Both the position numbers and the translations under genes were made by a program. A stretch of 64,000 nucleotides of DNA from an uncultured delta proteobacterium (lineage in GTDB: Bacteria; Desulfobacterota; Syntrophia; Syntrophales; UBA5619): assembly GCA_963817385.1 (NCBI GenBank), contig CAWFOM010000031.1, forward strand, positions 64,001-128,000. Direction: 5' to 3'. The notes under the pieces were generated by a model. The model did not search any database and was not told the DNA's origin. It saw only the letters and a list, made by a program, of their open reading frames with translations. Of the stretch, positions 16,527 to 27,636 are shown piece after piece. How positions within the stretch are numbered: the first letter of the stretch is position 1; each line of letters begins with the position of its first letter.

Positions 16527-17996
16527 ATGAAGACAAAAAAAGTGGATACCCTATTGAGACGTTTTTCCATTTTGTATGTGGGTTTTGCTCTTCTCCCCTT
16601 GCTGTTCATCCTTTATCTTTTCACTCTGTACAATGACCGAAATACGGTAATCGAATTTTCTCGCGACCGATTCAGCCTGTTTGCGCTCTTAGTCGGTGTA
16701 ACCGCGTTGGTAGGATATCTCAGCTTGCGCGCCGCTCTTGCGCGCTTTGTTACTTTTTCGGAAACGGTCAAAATGTCCGTCCTTGAAAAGATCGATTCCA
16801 AAGTCATGCTGAAACTGGTCGATGAGGAAGGGGAAATCGGCGAACTCGCCAAATCGTTCGCTCAGATCATCAAACGGCTCGACGACAACGTTCAGGAGCT
16901 GGAGGAAACGAAGACGACGCTTCAGGAGCTGATGAAAAAGATCAGCAATGTGCTTTCCTCCGCGGAGAACTTCGACAGTTTGGTGAATCTCGTTCTGGAG
17001 ACGACGGTTGATGCCCTGGGAGTGAAACAAGGCGCCTTGTTTTCTTTCGATAACGATCATTACACTCTAAAGGCAAGGGTAGGCATTGGAAATGATGTCA
17101 CCGACGACTGGGCGATATCGTCCGTAAAATTATATCTGGATCTGATTGCAAAAGAAAACAGGGTCTTCGTTCTTCCGGCAATGGGAAAGACCGAACAACC
17201 CGCCGGTTTGTTCACCCCCCCGTTGATCTGCAATTCGCTCATGTATCGCGGAAAAATCTGGGGCGCCTTACTGTTGAGCGGTAAGAAGCACGGCGACAAT
17301 TTTTCAGATGACGATTTGGGCATCGTTTCAAATTTGAGCAATCAAATGGCTGTTTCATTTGAAAACGCAAAGTTGAACAGCGATGCGGAGCAGACCTATT
17401 TTGAAACCATGGCGGCGTTGGCAATGGCGGTAGAGGCGCGCGATCCTTACTCGCGCGGTCATTCCGATCGCGTGGGCGAATATGCGCAGAAAATCGGTTC
17501 CGAGATGGGACTCCCCGAGGAAAGCATCAAAATCCTCCTCGCCGCTTCGCGTTTGCATGACATAGGCAAGATCGGGATTATGGATTCCGTTCTGGTTAAA
17601 CAGGGGGCGCTCAGCACCGATGAGAGAGAGATCATCAACAGGCATCCGATCATCGGGGAAACCATCCTCATGCCGTTAAAGACTTTCAAGCCTCTTCTGG
17701 ACCCTATCCGGCATCATCACGAAACCCTCGACGGCAGCGGCTATCCCGACGGCCTCCGCGGCGATGAAGTGAACCTCATTACCCGCGTTCTGTCCGTTGC
17801 AGACATCTACGACGCCATGACCACGGATCGCCCTTACAGAAAAGCAATGAATTTCTCCTTGGTAAAAAAGGATTTCGATTCCCTTGTCGCCGAAGGGAAA
17901 ATCGACGGGGAAGTCGTTTCTCATCTCTATCGCATGATCGAAAAAGCGATCTATGCTCCCACAGATAACCCCGTGGGGGGTGATTCTTCACATTAA
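16527..17996 (+). CDS. Membrane HAMP-GAF-HD-GYP c-di-GMP phosphodiesterase
   Basis: Two TM helices, GEIGELAKSF HAMP, GAF, then RDPYSRGHS, LHDIGKIG and HHETLDGSGYP. Confidence 0.92.
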   Translation: MKTKKVDTLLRRFSILYVGFALLPLLFILYLFTLYNDRNTVIEFSRDRFSLFALLVGVTALVGYLSLRAALARFVTFSETVKMSVLEKIDSKVMLKLVDEEGEIGELAKSFAQIIKRLDDNVQELEETKTTLQELMKKISNVLSSAENFDSLVNLVLETTVDALGVKQGALFSFDNDHYTLKARVGIGNDVTDDWAISSVKLYLDLIAKENRVFVLPAMGKTEQPAGLFTPPLICNSLMYRGKIWGALLLSGKKHGDNFSDDDLGIVSNLSNQMAVSFENAKLNSDAEQTYFETMAALAMAVEARDPYSRGHSDRVGEYAQKIGSEMGLPEESIKILLAASRLHDIGKIGIMDSVLVKQGALSTDEREIINRHPIIGETILMPLKTFKPLLDPIRHHHETLDGSGYPDGLRGDEVNLITRVLSVADIYDAMTTDRPYRKAMNFSLVKKDFDSLVAEGKIDGEVVSHLYRMIEKAIYAPTDNPVGGDSSH

Positions 17997-18312
17997 ATCA
18001 CAAAAAAACTTCTCTGCACGGACATAATCCGACGATTCGCAATAATGATGATGACGAAGGATCCGATGTGAATGCGGAAGTGGAGGCGGGAAGACGATAG
18101 CGCTCGTTCCGAGATGTCCCGCGGCGGCTTTTCCCTAACCGGACGGTGCTGGAGGGAAGGTCGGAATTTAGAGCTTGCAATTCAATCTCTGTCGGGGTAA
18201 ATTTCCTGCCGCTTGCAGTGAATCGGCCTTACAGGGCAGGGTTCTTGACGCGTCGCTGTTCGTAGCGGGGTAGTTCTTTGAGAGAAAAAACAAAATAAGG
18301 AGGTTGGGTAAG

Positions 18313-19284
18313 ATGAAACGTTACAAATCGACTGTTTTGATTGTGTTAGCGTTGTTACTGGTTATCGGACCGGGGACCGCCTGGGGGGCATTCCCCGAGA
18401 AACCCATCACCCTGGTGGTAGGCTCCGGGCCCGGTTCGGGAAGCGACACCGTCTGCCGGGTCATTTCGGCATCATTCAAGAAGTACAATCTTCTGCCCCA
18501 GCCAATCGTCGTCGAGAACAAAACGGGCGGCGGCCATGGTGTAGCCATGGCGTATGTAGGCGGCAAAAAAAAAGATCCCTACTACCTCATGCTCACGACA
18601 ACGCTTTTCCTATTGACGCCACTGCAAACAAAATTGCCGGTTACCTACAAGGACTTCACACCCATTGCCAACATTTCCTTCGATGAGCATGTGCTGATGG
18701 TCAATTATAATTCCAAGTTCAAATCGATAAAGGATATTGTGGATTTCGCCAAGGCGAACCCCGAAACGATCACCATGGGCGGCGCTCATCCCGGCGGTGC
18801 GGAATCCATCAACACGTATCGTTTTGAAAAGGCAGTAGGAGTCAAGTTAAAGTACGTCGCTTTTAGCGGCGGCGGTGATGCCATCGTAGCGCTTCTCGGG
18901 GGTCATTTAGACATGGCCTCTGCCAATCCCGGCGAGATTACGGAGCTGGTGAACGGCAAGAAGGTCCGTCTCCTTGGAGTTCTTGCGGATAAACGAATGC
19001 CGGCATTCCCCGATCTTCCCACCATCAAGGAACAGATCGGGATCGATGTGACCGGCTTGGGGATGTGGCGCGGTGTTGTTGCCCCCGCGGGCATTCCCGA
19101 TGATGCTTCCAAGGTTTTACAGGAAGCCTTTTTCAAATATTCTCAAACCGAGGACTATAAGAAGTTCCACAAGGACAATGGGATCACCGAGGGGTATTTG
19201 GATGGTCCCGCATTTTCCAAATATCTGGAGGCAAAGAATACGGGCTTTAAGACCATATTAACGGGGATGGGTCTTCTGAAGTAA
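18313..19284 (+). CDS. tctC: Tripartite tricarboxylate transporter substrate-binding protein TctC
   Basis: Signal peptide; FPEKPITLVV..PG.GSD, VENKTGGG and PDLPTIKE motifs. Confidence 0.92.
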   Translation: MKRYKSTVLIVLALLLVIGPGTAWGAFPEKPITLVVGSGPGSGSDTVCRVISASFKKYNLLPQPIVVENKTGGGHGVAMAYVGGKKKDPYYLMLTTTLFLLTPLQTKLPVTYKDFTPIANISFDEHVLMVNYNSKFKSIKDIVDFAKANPETITMGGAHPGGAESINTYRFEKAVGVKLKYVAFSGGGDAIVALLGGHLDMASANPGEITELVNGKKVRLLGVLADKRMPAFPDLPTIKEQIGIDVTGLGMWRGVVAPAGIPDDASKVLQEAFFKYSQTEDYKKFHKDNGITEGYLDGPAFSKYLEAKNTGFKTILTGMGLLK

Positions 19285-19360
19285 CAAAGGACGGTGCAGG
19301 GGCATAGATAGATGGCTATCTCCCTGCACCGATGCATTTATCCAAAAGGCAGGAACCCTC

Positions 19361-19834
19361 ATGAAAAGAGCGAATCAGATAACCGGTATTGTCTTATTGA
19401 TTTTTTCCGGATACATCATCGTGACGGCCATGCAGATGCCTCTGCGGGCAATAACGGGAAGGACAAGTTTTGCTCCGGCGACGGGATTCCTCCCCATGTG
19501 GTTGGGGATTATCATGGCGATTCTCTCCATACTCCTGATCGTCAATGCCACCCTGCAGCAGGCTGATTCCACTCGGGAGGCGGTTTTTCCGCGCGGAAGG
19601 GCGCTTCTGGCCGTAGTGCTATTCCTGGCGGGCCTGGCGGCGTACATTGCCCTGCTGGAGGTCCTGGGGTACCTCTCGGCCACGGCGCTTCTTACCGCAT
19701 TTCTGTTGCGCTTCGTGATGCAGGCCAGCTGGAAAACGACTCTTCTGGTCGCCGTGAGCGCAGCCATTGTTCTTTTTGTCATATTCCATGTGCTGCTGCA
19801 CGTGGATCTTCCGAAAAATATGTTTGGATTCTGA
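19361..19834 (+). CDS. tctB: Tripartite tricarboxylate transporter small permease TctB
   Basis: Multi-TM protein with LGY..AT and C-terminal LP; lies between tctC and tctA. Confidence 0.88.
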   Translation: MKRANQITGIVLLIFSGYIIVTAMQMPLRAITGRTSFAPATGFLPMWLGIIMAILSILLIVNATLQQADSTREAVFPRGRALLAVVLFLAGLAAYIALLEVLGYLSATALLTAFLLRFVMQASWKTTLLVAVSAAIVLFVIFHVLLHVDLPKNMFGF

Positions 19835-19909
19835 CGACTCGCCGTATCGCCCAAGGCGATCGACTGGGGAGTCCGGCTCAGAGGGTTGTTTCAATAGGGA
19901 GATACTCGC

Positions 19910-21418
19910 TTGGATACCATTCAGAATCTCATCATGGGTTTTCAAGTAGCCCTCTCCTGGCAGAACCTTTTTTTCTGCTTTATGGGCTGTTTGATGGGGA
20001 CGCTCATCGGCGTGCTTCCGGGCATCGGGCCGGCCGCGGGGGTGTCCATTCTCATCCCTCTCACCTTCGGGATGAATACCACTACCGCCCTCATCACGAT
20101 GGCCGGCCTCTATTTCGGCGCCATGTATGGCGGATCGACCACCTCTATTCTCGTCAATGTGCCGGGTGAAGCGGCTTCCGTCGTGACTGCCCTTGATGGT
20201 TACCAGATGGCCCGCAAGGGGCGGGCCGGGCCTGCCCTGGGCATGGCCGCCCTGTCGTCGTTTTTCGCCGGCACCGTTTCCGTGATCCTGATCACATTCA
20301 CGGCCCCTCTGCTGGTTGCGGTTGCCCTCTCTTTCGGGCCGCCGGAGTATTTTGCCCTGACCTTCCTGGGCTTGACCCTCGTGACGAGTCTGACCGGCGA
20401 GTCCGCCATCAAAGGGCTGATGAGCGGCATCTTCGGGCTCATCATCGCCTGTGTAGGCATCGATCCGTCGAGCGGATTCGCGCGATTCACTTACGATCAG
20501 CTTTACCTGCTGGACGGCTTCGGATTCATCAATATCGCGGTTGGGCTCTTCGCGGTGGCTGAGGTGATGGAGAATATGGAGCAGCCCGCTGCGGAGATCT
20601 ACGCCAAGACCAAGCTGAGTTTCAAGAGCATGTTTCCCAACATACAGGATTGGAAGGACTCCTTCGGCGCCCTCTGGCGGGGTACCGTCATCGGTTTCTT
20701 TATCGGGGTGCTGCCGGGAGCCGGGCCGACGATCGCATCGTTCCTTACTTACACCGTGGAGAAAAAGGTCAGCAGGCACCCGGAGAAGTTCGGCACCGGG
20801 GTCATAGAAGGGGTTGCAGCGCCGGAAAGCGCCAACAACGCCGCCGCCGGAGGTGCATTTGTCCCCATGCTCACGCTGGGAATCCCCGGTTCCGGGGTGA
20901 CGGCCATACTCCTGGGCGCCCTCCTCCTCCACGGGCTTCGCCCCGGACCGATGCTGATGCAGACAAATCCCGAATTCGTCTGGGGACTGATCGCCAGCAT
21001 GTATATCGGGAATGTGATGCTGGTCATCCTGAACATGCCTTTGATCGGACTGTGGGTGGCCATGCTGCGCGTCCCCTACAAGGTTATGATGCCGCTTATC
21101 GTCGCCATATCCGCTGTCGGTATCTATGCCACGGAAAATAACATCTTTGACCTGTGGGTGATGCTCGGCTTCGGCATCCTCGGTTTCGTGATGCGGAAGC
21201 TTGATTTTCCCGCGTCACCGATCGTGCTGGCCGTAGTGCTTGGCCCCCTGGTGGAGAATTCCCTGAAACAGTCGCTGATCATCTCGGGGGGAAGCGTGGC
21301 CATCTTTTTTACCCGGCCGATCGCGGCTGTGTTTATCATCTTTGCCCTATTGTCCATCTTTGCACCTCTGTTCAGCACCGCTTGGCGAAAACTGAGGGCG
21401 GAAGGGGAGGACGCATAA
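19910..21418 (+). CDS. tctA: Tripartite tricarboxylate transporter large permease TctA (second paralogue)
   Basis: GVLPGIGP, YGGSTTSILVNVPGE and PESANNA motifs; TTG start after GGGAG. Confidence 0.95.
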   Translation: MDTIQNLIMGFQVALSWQNLFFCFMGCLMGTLIGVLPGIGPAAGVSILIPLTFGMNTTTALITMAGLYFGAMYGGSTTSILVNVPGEAASVVTALDGYQMARKGRAGPALGMAALSSFFAGTVSVILITFTAPLLVAVALSFGPPEYFALTFLGLTLVTSLTGESAIKGLMSGIFGLIIACVGIDPSSGFARFTYDQLYLLDGFGFINIAVGLFAVAEVMENMEQPAAEIYAKTKLSFKSMFPNIQDWKDSFGALWRGTVIGFFIGVLPGAGPTIASFLTYTVEKKVSRHPEKFGTGVIEGVAAPESANNAAAGGAFVPMLTLGIPGSGVTAILLGALLLHGLRPGPMLMQTNPEFVWGLIASMYIGNVMLVILNMPLIGLWVAMLRVPYKVMMPLIVAISAVGIYATENNIFDLWVMLGFGILGFVMRKLDFPASPIVLAVVLGPLVENSLKQSLIISGGSVAIFFTRPIAAVFIIFALLSIFAPLFSTAWRKLRAEGEDA

Positions 21419-21695
21419 TGGATGACCAAAACTGACAAAGAGGATGTTGTTGAAGGAGCAGACGGTGAAAATGGGAAGAAGGATCGCGTGCTGTTGACCG
21501 CTCTGCCATGGCCCGTACCGGGCCTGGAGGCCTGCCCGGTGAGACTCTTAGCGCTGGAAGAATTGTAGGCCGGGCAAGAAGCCCCGTTCGTCTGATGATG
21601 AAGCAGTCGGGAGATCACAAGGCCTCCTGACTGCCTTACCTGATACTGAAATCGCACTGCCGGGAAACCAATCCATGTCGGTCATGGAGCGGCGG

Positions 21696-22484
21696 CTAAC
21701 TCTGCCGCGCCGTTTTTATCGCATCAGAAAAATACTTTCTTATCAAAGTGATATCGTGTCCCAGCGTAATCACTTGTGCTTTGCCTTTCCACGCAGCCAC
21801 GGTTTCGGCAAAATCCTGAGCGGTCGGATCAAGGTTTACCGATATGTATTTCCCCCGATTTTTGGCGGCGGTAAATATTTTCTCCTCCAGGGCAAGAACC
21901 GCCGGGTGATTCTTCTGCCCGGTAAGACCCAGGGCATTTGCCAAATCTCCCCTTCCGCTGCCGATCATATCAATCCCGTCCACATGCAAGGTGTTTTCCA
22001 GGTTATCAGCGGCTTCCTTGCTTTCGATTTGAATGCCCAGCAGGAGTTCCTCGTTCGACCATTTTGCGTAATCCCCGCCGCTGATCGCACCATACCGGGC
22101 AACCCTCGAAGCGGCGTACGTGCCGCGATCCCCCATCGGGGCGAAGTGGACGGCGTCAACCACCGATCTGGCCTTTTCAGGAGAGGAGACGTCAGGGATG
22201 AAGAGACCCATAGCGCCCATCTCCAGGACGTTCGCGATCAGGTGCGGATCGTTATCCAGCCGGACCATGGGCGTTACGCCGCTTGCCTCCGCGGCCCTGA
22301 TCATATTGACGATGGTGGGGATATCATACGCGTTATGGCTGACGTCGATACGAACGAAGTCGAACCCCGCATATCCGGCCATCTCCACCATCGCGGGGGA
22401 AGTCACGCCGATGTATATTCCGAATACCGTCTTTCCATCCTTGATCGCCTGTTTCACTGGATTTTTTTTCAACTGCATAGTCAA
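21696..22484 (-). CDS. HpcH/HpaI class II aldolase family protein
   Basis: AGFDFVRID..H, GAMGLFIP.V, P.GDRG, IQIES and G.GDLA motifs. Confidence 0.9.
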   Translation of the reverse strand: MTMQLKKNPVKQAIKDGKTVFGIYIGVTSPAMVEMAGYAGFDFVRIDVSHNAYDIPTIVNMIRAAEASGVTPMVRLDNDPHLIANVLEMGAMGLFIPDVSSPEKARSVVDAVHFAPMGDRGTYAASRVARYGAISGGDYAKWSNEELLLGIQIESKEAADNLENTLHVDGIDMIGSGRGDLANALGLTGQKNHPAVLALEEKIFTAAKNRGKYISVNLDPTAQDFAETVAAWKGKAQVITLGHDITLIRKYFSDAIKTARQS

Positions 22485-22610
22485 AATTGCTCCTTATCTC
22501 ACAAGAATACGGGTTAGGGTTTCCCTCACTGCTCCGGTTTCCCTAACCTCACACGACGCGGTTGATGGGTTGACCGCCGTTGAGGTCATTGACCAGTTGC
22601 TGCGCTGCCA

Positions 22611-23192
22611 TCAGTTAACTCCTTTTCCCAGCAGGAAGGCGCGGCTCAGGGAAATCGCGGGCGCCTCCAGAATCCGGAATCCCGCGTCCCGGCAGACCGT
22701 GAGCGTTCGCTCAAGGCTCTTGAGCGTCACATGGTATTTCGGCTCGACCAAAAGGAGCCGGCCCCCTGGTTTCAAGAGGTCAAAAATCTCGTGAAAAAAA
22801 CGGGGTTTGTCCGCCACCTCATGGGCCATCCAGAATGCAAGGGCGAAATCGGCAGGCCCCTCGACCCCCAAGCTCTCTTTCCGGCAGCGGCGGCTTATGA
22901 TCCGGTCGGCAACCCCCGCCCTGATGGACCGTTTTCCCAAGGCGTCCAGCATCCGCTGCTGGAGATCGACCGCGATCACCTTCCCTCCGGGTCCTGCCAG
23001 CTTCGCCAGGCCTATGGTGAAGTACCCCATCCCGCAGCCGATATCGACGACGGTCATGCCGGGCTTCACATATGCCCCCAGGAGAGGCTCCGGGTCATGA
23101 AAGAGGCGGCGGAGGGGGTTGTCGAAACTATAGCAGAGCCACCAGGGGCATACCTTATCATTCATCCGCCGCATCTTATCGAATAAAACCAT
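22611..23192 (-). CDS. Class I SAM-dependent methyltransferase
   Basis: VVDIGCGMGYFT, AVDLQ..ML and LLKPGGRLL motifs. Confidence 0.9.
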   Translation of the reverse strand: MVLFDKMRRMNDKVCPWWLCYSFDNPLRRLFHDPEPLLGAYVKPGMTVVDIGCGMGYFTIGLAKLAGPGGKVIAVDLQQRMLDALGKRSIRAGVADRIISRRCRKESLGVEGPADFALAFWMAHEVADKPRFFHEIFDLLKPGGRLLLVEPKYHVTLKSLERTLTVCRDAGFRILEAPAISLSRAFLLGKGVN

Positions 23193-23214
23193 GCCGATCC
23201 CCTCCCTCGTCCGT

Positions 23215-23454
23215 TTAGAGCTTATTGTGGGCGCCGTCGCAGAATGGCGGTTTTGCCGTGCGTCGGCAGCCGCACCAGGCGACCGTCTTGGGGTGGTTGA
23301 TCTCCGTTTCCACGGGGATCATACCGGTGTTGAGCCGTTCGTGGGCGCCGTCGCAGAACGGCTGGGTTTCGGTATGACCGCAGCTGCACCAGGAATACGT
23401 TCCCGGCTGCATATCCATGACATACGGCCCCTTCTTGGCAATCTTCGCTTCCAT
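23215..23454 (-). CDS. CDGSH-type iron-sulfur protein (two domains)
   Basis: WCSCGHTETQPFCDGAH and WCGCRRTAKPPFCDGAH; start ATG 23454 after GGAG. Confidence 0.9.
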   Translation of the reverse strand: MEAKIAKKGPYVMDMQPGTYSWCSCGHTETQPFCDGAHERLNTGMIPVETEINHPKTVAWCGCRRTAKPPFCDGAHNKL

Positions 23455-23697
23455 GATTGGCTCTCCTCGGTATCTATATGGTTTATCCGGCAGAACACCC
23501 TTTTTCGGCGGGGAAAGTATAGGGGGCAGGGCTTTACCTGTCAACTGTTTTAACGGGGAGAAGCCAGACATCGTTCGAGACCGGTCATGGACGAACGGGA
23601 CCGGCATGGGGACGACTGACCGATGGAGGCCGCGGCTGCCCATTCCTGCTGACACCCAGCGGGAGCCTCGGCAGATCGAGAATCGACGGGGCAGCGC

Positions 23698-24690
23698 CTA
23701 CTCCACTTTCTTCCAGGTTGCATCGGGATTAAACGTCGTCATGGCCGTAGCGATTCCGGCCGTGTCTCTTCCCATGTCCTTCCGGTAGACCACGCCTTCG
23801 TGATTGACGATAAAGGTATGGATGCCGGTGGACCCGTACACGGCGGGGAAGGCCACAACGGCGAAGCCGCCGATCATCTTCCCGGCGATGACGTAGCTAT
23901 GAGCGCCGCCATTTGCGTTATCTCCTTGAGCCATAAGGATCCTGTAGAGGTAGCCATGGTAAGGGACGGATTTCCCTACCGCATCGCGGTAACCCTCGGC
24001 CCGGGCATGGGCGACCAGGGGCCCCAGCGGGCTGGGCGTATCGCCCGGCGACGCCTCCCAGTAGAGGCCGTCTTTCTTCCCCTTCGAACTTTCGAACTTC
24101 TGCGCATATTCGGGCTGCCCGTTTATGACATTTATCAGATCCGCATAATCATCCTGGGCATCCGTGATCGCCAGGCATACCTGGATGGCATTGAGCTCAT
24201 TCGCTCCGATCCGGCGGCAGAAGAGTTCCTCTTTGCCGGCTTGGGTATCGAAGCGCCAGTTTTGCTTGACTTTCACAATCGGGAACGGGAAGGGCCAGTC
24301 GTCGTTCCCGATGAACAGCTTCACCGATCCGTCACTGGCCGGTTCCAACCGGTTCTTTTCTTCGTATGCCTTCGAGAACTGCTCCCGGCGCTGCCGATCC
24401 TGCACCTTGTCGCCGGATGAGACGAGCGTCGCACTGCCGGGTCCCAGGATGCGCATGAGTTCGTCCGATTTGCCCTCGTTGACGGCCTTCACCAAGGCGT
24501 TCACGGCCGCCTCGGGGGATGCAAAGGTCCGCTGTTTCACGGGTGCTGCAAGAGCGTTGCCCGGAAGAAGAGAGGTGATCATGAGCATGGCCGCCATACC
24601 GATGGTATTGAGACGCCTTAACGGAATCGATTTATTCGGAAAGATGTTTCGAAACATCGACATGCCTCCCTGAGAGAAAATCACTGTCAT
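23698..24690 (-). CDS. DUF2950 family exported protein
   Basis: F.SPEAA, DWPFP.PIV, RRIG.NEL, DGLYW..SPLGP and PYHGY.YRIL..QG motifs. Confidence 0.9.
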   Translation of the reverse strand: MTVIFSQGGMSMFRNIFPNKSIPLRRLNTIGMAAMLMITSLLPGNALAAPVKQRTFASPEAAVNALVKAVNEGKSDELMRILGPGSATLVSSGDKVQDRQRREQFSKAYEEKNRLEPASDGSVKLFIGNDDWPFPFPIVKVKQNWRFDTQAGKEELFCRRIGANELNAIQVCLAITDAQDDYADLINVINGQPEYAQKFESSKGKKDGLYWEASPGDTPSPLGPLVAHARAEGYRDAVGKSVPYHGYLYRILMAQGDNANGGAHSYVIAGKMIGGFAVVAFPAVYGSTGIHTFIVNHEGVVYRKDMGRDTAGIATAMTTFNPDATWKKVE

Positions 24691-26064
24691 CGGCGACCGC
24701 CCTGGGGACCGCGTCCGCCTGAACCGCTGCGTGTGCCGCCGGTTGATTCACCGCTGCGCGTGCCGCCGCCGGCACCTGGTACGCCGTCCGTCATCCGTTC
24801 CCCGGAGGGAACAGCGGGGACAGCGGGCCTGATCGCAGCCCCCCAGGAGCTCTGGCGGCGAACCTCGCTGCCCTGCCCGATGCCGCGAAAGGCGTCCATA
24901 TTCCTGCCTCCCCCGCCGGCGGGCCTGCTCACCGACGGGGCGGGGATACGATTTACCGTTCCCTGGGGCAGGGAGGGAGGAGGGAAACGGCGCGGGGGAC
25001 GCCGGTTCTTCCGCTCGCTGCGCCGGGAACCGACTACCGCACCGCGATTGCCGGTCCCGCCATCAAGAGTTCCCCGAGCACCGCCGGGAGTGCCCATCGT
25101 TCCACCCGATCTCCGGGCGGGGCCGGCCGGGTGCCCCGCCGGGACTCCGGTCGAATCCCCTGAACGGACGGCGATTCTCGACAGCACCCGGATTTGTCTG
25201 CCTGAGCCGCTCACGGAGAGACGGATCCCGGTAGGGTACGCCCCGTCGATGGCCGGGGTCGTGCATCCAGGGTGTCGTCCTCATGTTCGAGACGTCGATG
25301 TTTCTCCGGTTGATATTGATATTACGATTCTCGTTGACGAAAACACGATGCTGTCTCCAGTCCCAGTGCCCCCAGACATGCCCCCAGAAGGCCCCGACGA
25401 AGCAGCCGACTCCGAACGCAATGAACCCCGGAGTGATGATCACGCCGGGCCAGTAGGGATAGACGACATACGGGGGATAGCCCGGCCACCACCATGGGCC
25501 GTACACCCACGAGGGGTCATAAGCGGGGACATAGACAACCTCCGGGTTGGTTGGCTCGATCCGAATGGAGTCATTTTCCGCGGTCACCCGTTGCTTCTCC
25601 GAGCTTCTCAGGTTGTCTGCGGCGTACGCCTTTTGGCGGAGTCGCTGAACGGTGTCCATAACATCGCCTTCCTGGGCCAGAAAAGCGTCTCCCACCATCT
25701 CGGTCCAGTCCAGCTTTTCGCTCATCATGGACAGAACGTCCGGGAAAGGCGCCAGGGCCTTAACGCTGGCATCCCAGGCCCGATTGTCAAGGGCATCGTT
25801 GAGCCGGTCCCCCTGGAGATCCTTGTTCTGCTTGATCCACCGGTCAGCCATCACCACTTCGAGAGGATAGGTCGCCGCCATCAGGATCTGGGCGAGAAGC
25901 GAATCCGGATAGAGCGCGATCGGCGCCATCATCTGGTCCAACTGCTCCTGGGAGAACTTTTTGGCGCCGCCCTGTGCATCCTGGGCGAATACCGGCGCCG
26001 GCGCTGCGAGCAGCAGGACCAGTGCCCAGATCACGGCTATCTGAAAAGTTTTTGGTTTCTTCAT
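24687..26064 (-). CDS. DUF3300 family exported protein with Gly/Arg-rich tail (frameshift at about 25110-25140)
   Basis: QLDQMMAPIALYPDSLLAQILMAATYP, WDASVKAL and VYVPAYDP..VYG motifs; tail continues in ORF 24687..25214. Confidence 0.88.
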
Positions 26065-26231
26065 GACAATCCCTCGTCTGCTTCCATGTTTTCATTCAGT
26101 CTGCCGGGTCGCAAAGCCCTCTGTGGTCCCCGTGCCTTCAGGGACCAACGACTTCTTCAGTCTGGTGAATTTCGAACCCGCGATCACACCGCCGGCTATC
26201 AATTATAATCTAGGGCTGAAAAAACGAAATA

Positions 26232-26264
26232 CAATGAGGATTGAATGAAGGGTTAATGGTAGGG
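26232..26264 (-). promoter_or_regulatory. 11-bp-period direct-repeat operator upstream of DUF3300-DUF2950 (copy 1)
   Basis: CAATGAGGATTGAATGAAGGGTTAATGGTAGGG; AATG at 26233, 26244 and 26255; near-identical copy at 38245. Confidence 0.7.
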
Positions 26265-26399
26265 AGAATCTTCTTTTGCGTCTTATGGGTCTTTGCGGAG
26301 TCCAACCGGAAGCCGATATTTATCAAAAATATCTTAAGATAATATCTCGCTTTCTTATGAGCTGAGTATATGAAATTGACTACTCACAACGCCTATGCG

Positions 26400-27050
26400 C
26401 TAAAATAAAATCTGCTCTAGCCCGATTGCGATCAGTAAAATGCCGCCTGCGATTGCCGCTTTGCCAGATATATTCTGCTTGATAAAGAATTCGGCGGTTC
26501 GATTCCCCACGGAAAGGGCAATAAAACTCAGTATGGCGGATAAAAATCCTACAAGAAATGAGTCCAAGCCGATCATACCGGCGCTCAAACCTCCCCCAAT
26601 ATTGTTTATTGACAGAGCAATACCAAGGAGAGTCGCCTCTTTAAAATCTAAATGCTTCGAATTGTCCTTATCTGCATTTTCCGACTTCCCGAAGATATGG
26701 CAGATACCCTTCCATCTTTTCTGGAAGGGTATTTCGCCACACTTATCTCCCATATATTGGTCCAAAATCATCTTGGAGCCCACAGCCGTAAGAAACACCA
26801 TGGCAAGAACGGAAGAGATTTTCCCCAATGAACCTGAAATCTTGGTTCCCGAATAAGCCGCAAGAAAAGAAATGACAAAGGTAATCAGGGAAATCCAGAG
26901 ATTTATGGGAGTAGTTATTTTTATGCCCCTGATACTATAAGCGATTCTTGCTCCGATATTGTCGACGTTGTTTGCTAAAGCAATGAGAAACGCATATAAA
27001 AAATGCCGCAATGTACAGGCCTCCTTAAGGAATGTCCCACCGCTTTGCAA
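26400..27050 (-). CDS. MntP/YtaF family membrane protein (putative Mn efflux)
   Basis: IALANNVDN...LGIALSINNIGGG..AG and GILLIAIG motifs; AT-rich; true start probably about 27012. Confidence 0.8.
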   Translation of the reverse strand: MQSGGTFLKEACTLRHFLYAFLIALANNVDNIGARIAYSIRGIKITTPINLWISLITFVISFLAAYSGTKISGSLGKISSVLAMVFLTAVGSKMILDQYMGDKCGEIPFQKRWKGICHIFGKSENADKDNSKHLDFKEATLLGIALSINNIGGGLSAGMIGLDSFLVGFLSAILSFIALSVGNRTAEFFIKQNISGKAAIAGGILLIAIGLEQILF

Positions 27051-27135
27051 TCTCCATCACTTCATACATTTTCACGTCGATACCCTTTCATATGAAACTT
27101 CTGACTCCACACCATGCGGCATGCGATACGGATAT

Positions 27136-27636
27136 TTACACGCGGCAAGCCTCCGGTCTGATTAACAGCACCGGTACATTCGACTCATGCAGGACCTTTA
27201 ACGCAATGCTGCCTAACAACATCTTTTTCATGCCGGTATACCCATGGGTTGCTATTATAATCAGGTCTACACCGTTCTTCCGAGCATAATCGGTGATGGT
27301 AGAGGATGGCCCGTTAGACTCTATAGCTTCCGTCTTGACATTAATGCCATCGGAAGAAAGCTCGGAAGAGAACCGGTATTTAACTTTTGCAAGATACTTC
27401 CGTGATTTATCCATGAATGATTTTATAATGGTATTGATATCAAAAGTTATTGAATGGCCCTCTTCTCCCACATTTAATGCTCTCCAGGGAATATCAGCGA
27501 CGACGGCATTTAACAGGACGACTTCCCCCCCGACAAGACCGCCTTGAAAAAGTTTCTTGACATGATTCAACGCACATTCAGCCAATTCTGAACCGTCGAG
27601 GGGAACTAAAATTTTCTTATACATTTTCGCCTCCAT
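27136..27636 (-). CDS. Universal stress protein
   Basis: YKKILVPLDGS and DLIIIATHG..G...LLGS.A.KV....PVLLIR motifs. Confidence 0.92.
   Translation of the reverse strand: MEAKMYKKILVPLDGSELAECALNHVKKLFQGGLVGGEVVLLNAVVADIPWRALNVGEEGHSITFDINTIIKSFMDKSRKYLAKVKYRFSSELSSDGINVKTEAIESNGPSSTITDYARKNGVDLIIIATHGYTGMKKMLLGSIALKVLHESNVPVLLIRPEACRV

Noticed and set aside
26100..26150. GGGTCGCAAAGCC resembling a c-di-GMP-I (GEMM) riboswitch core
   Set aside because: Wrong strand for the adjacent gene, and the upstream GGCAAA/GNRA stem and downstream elements are missing.
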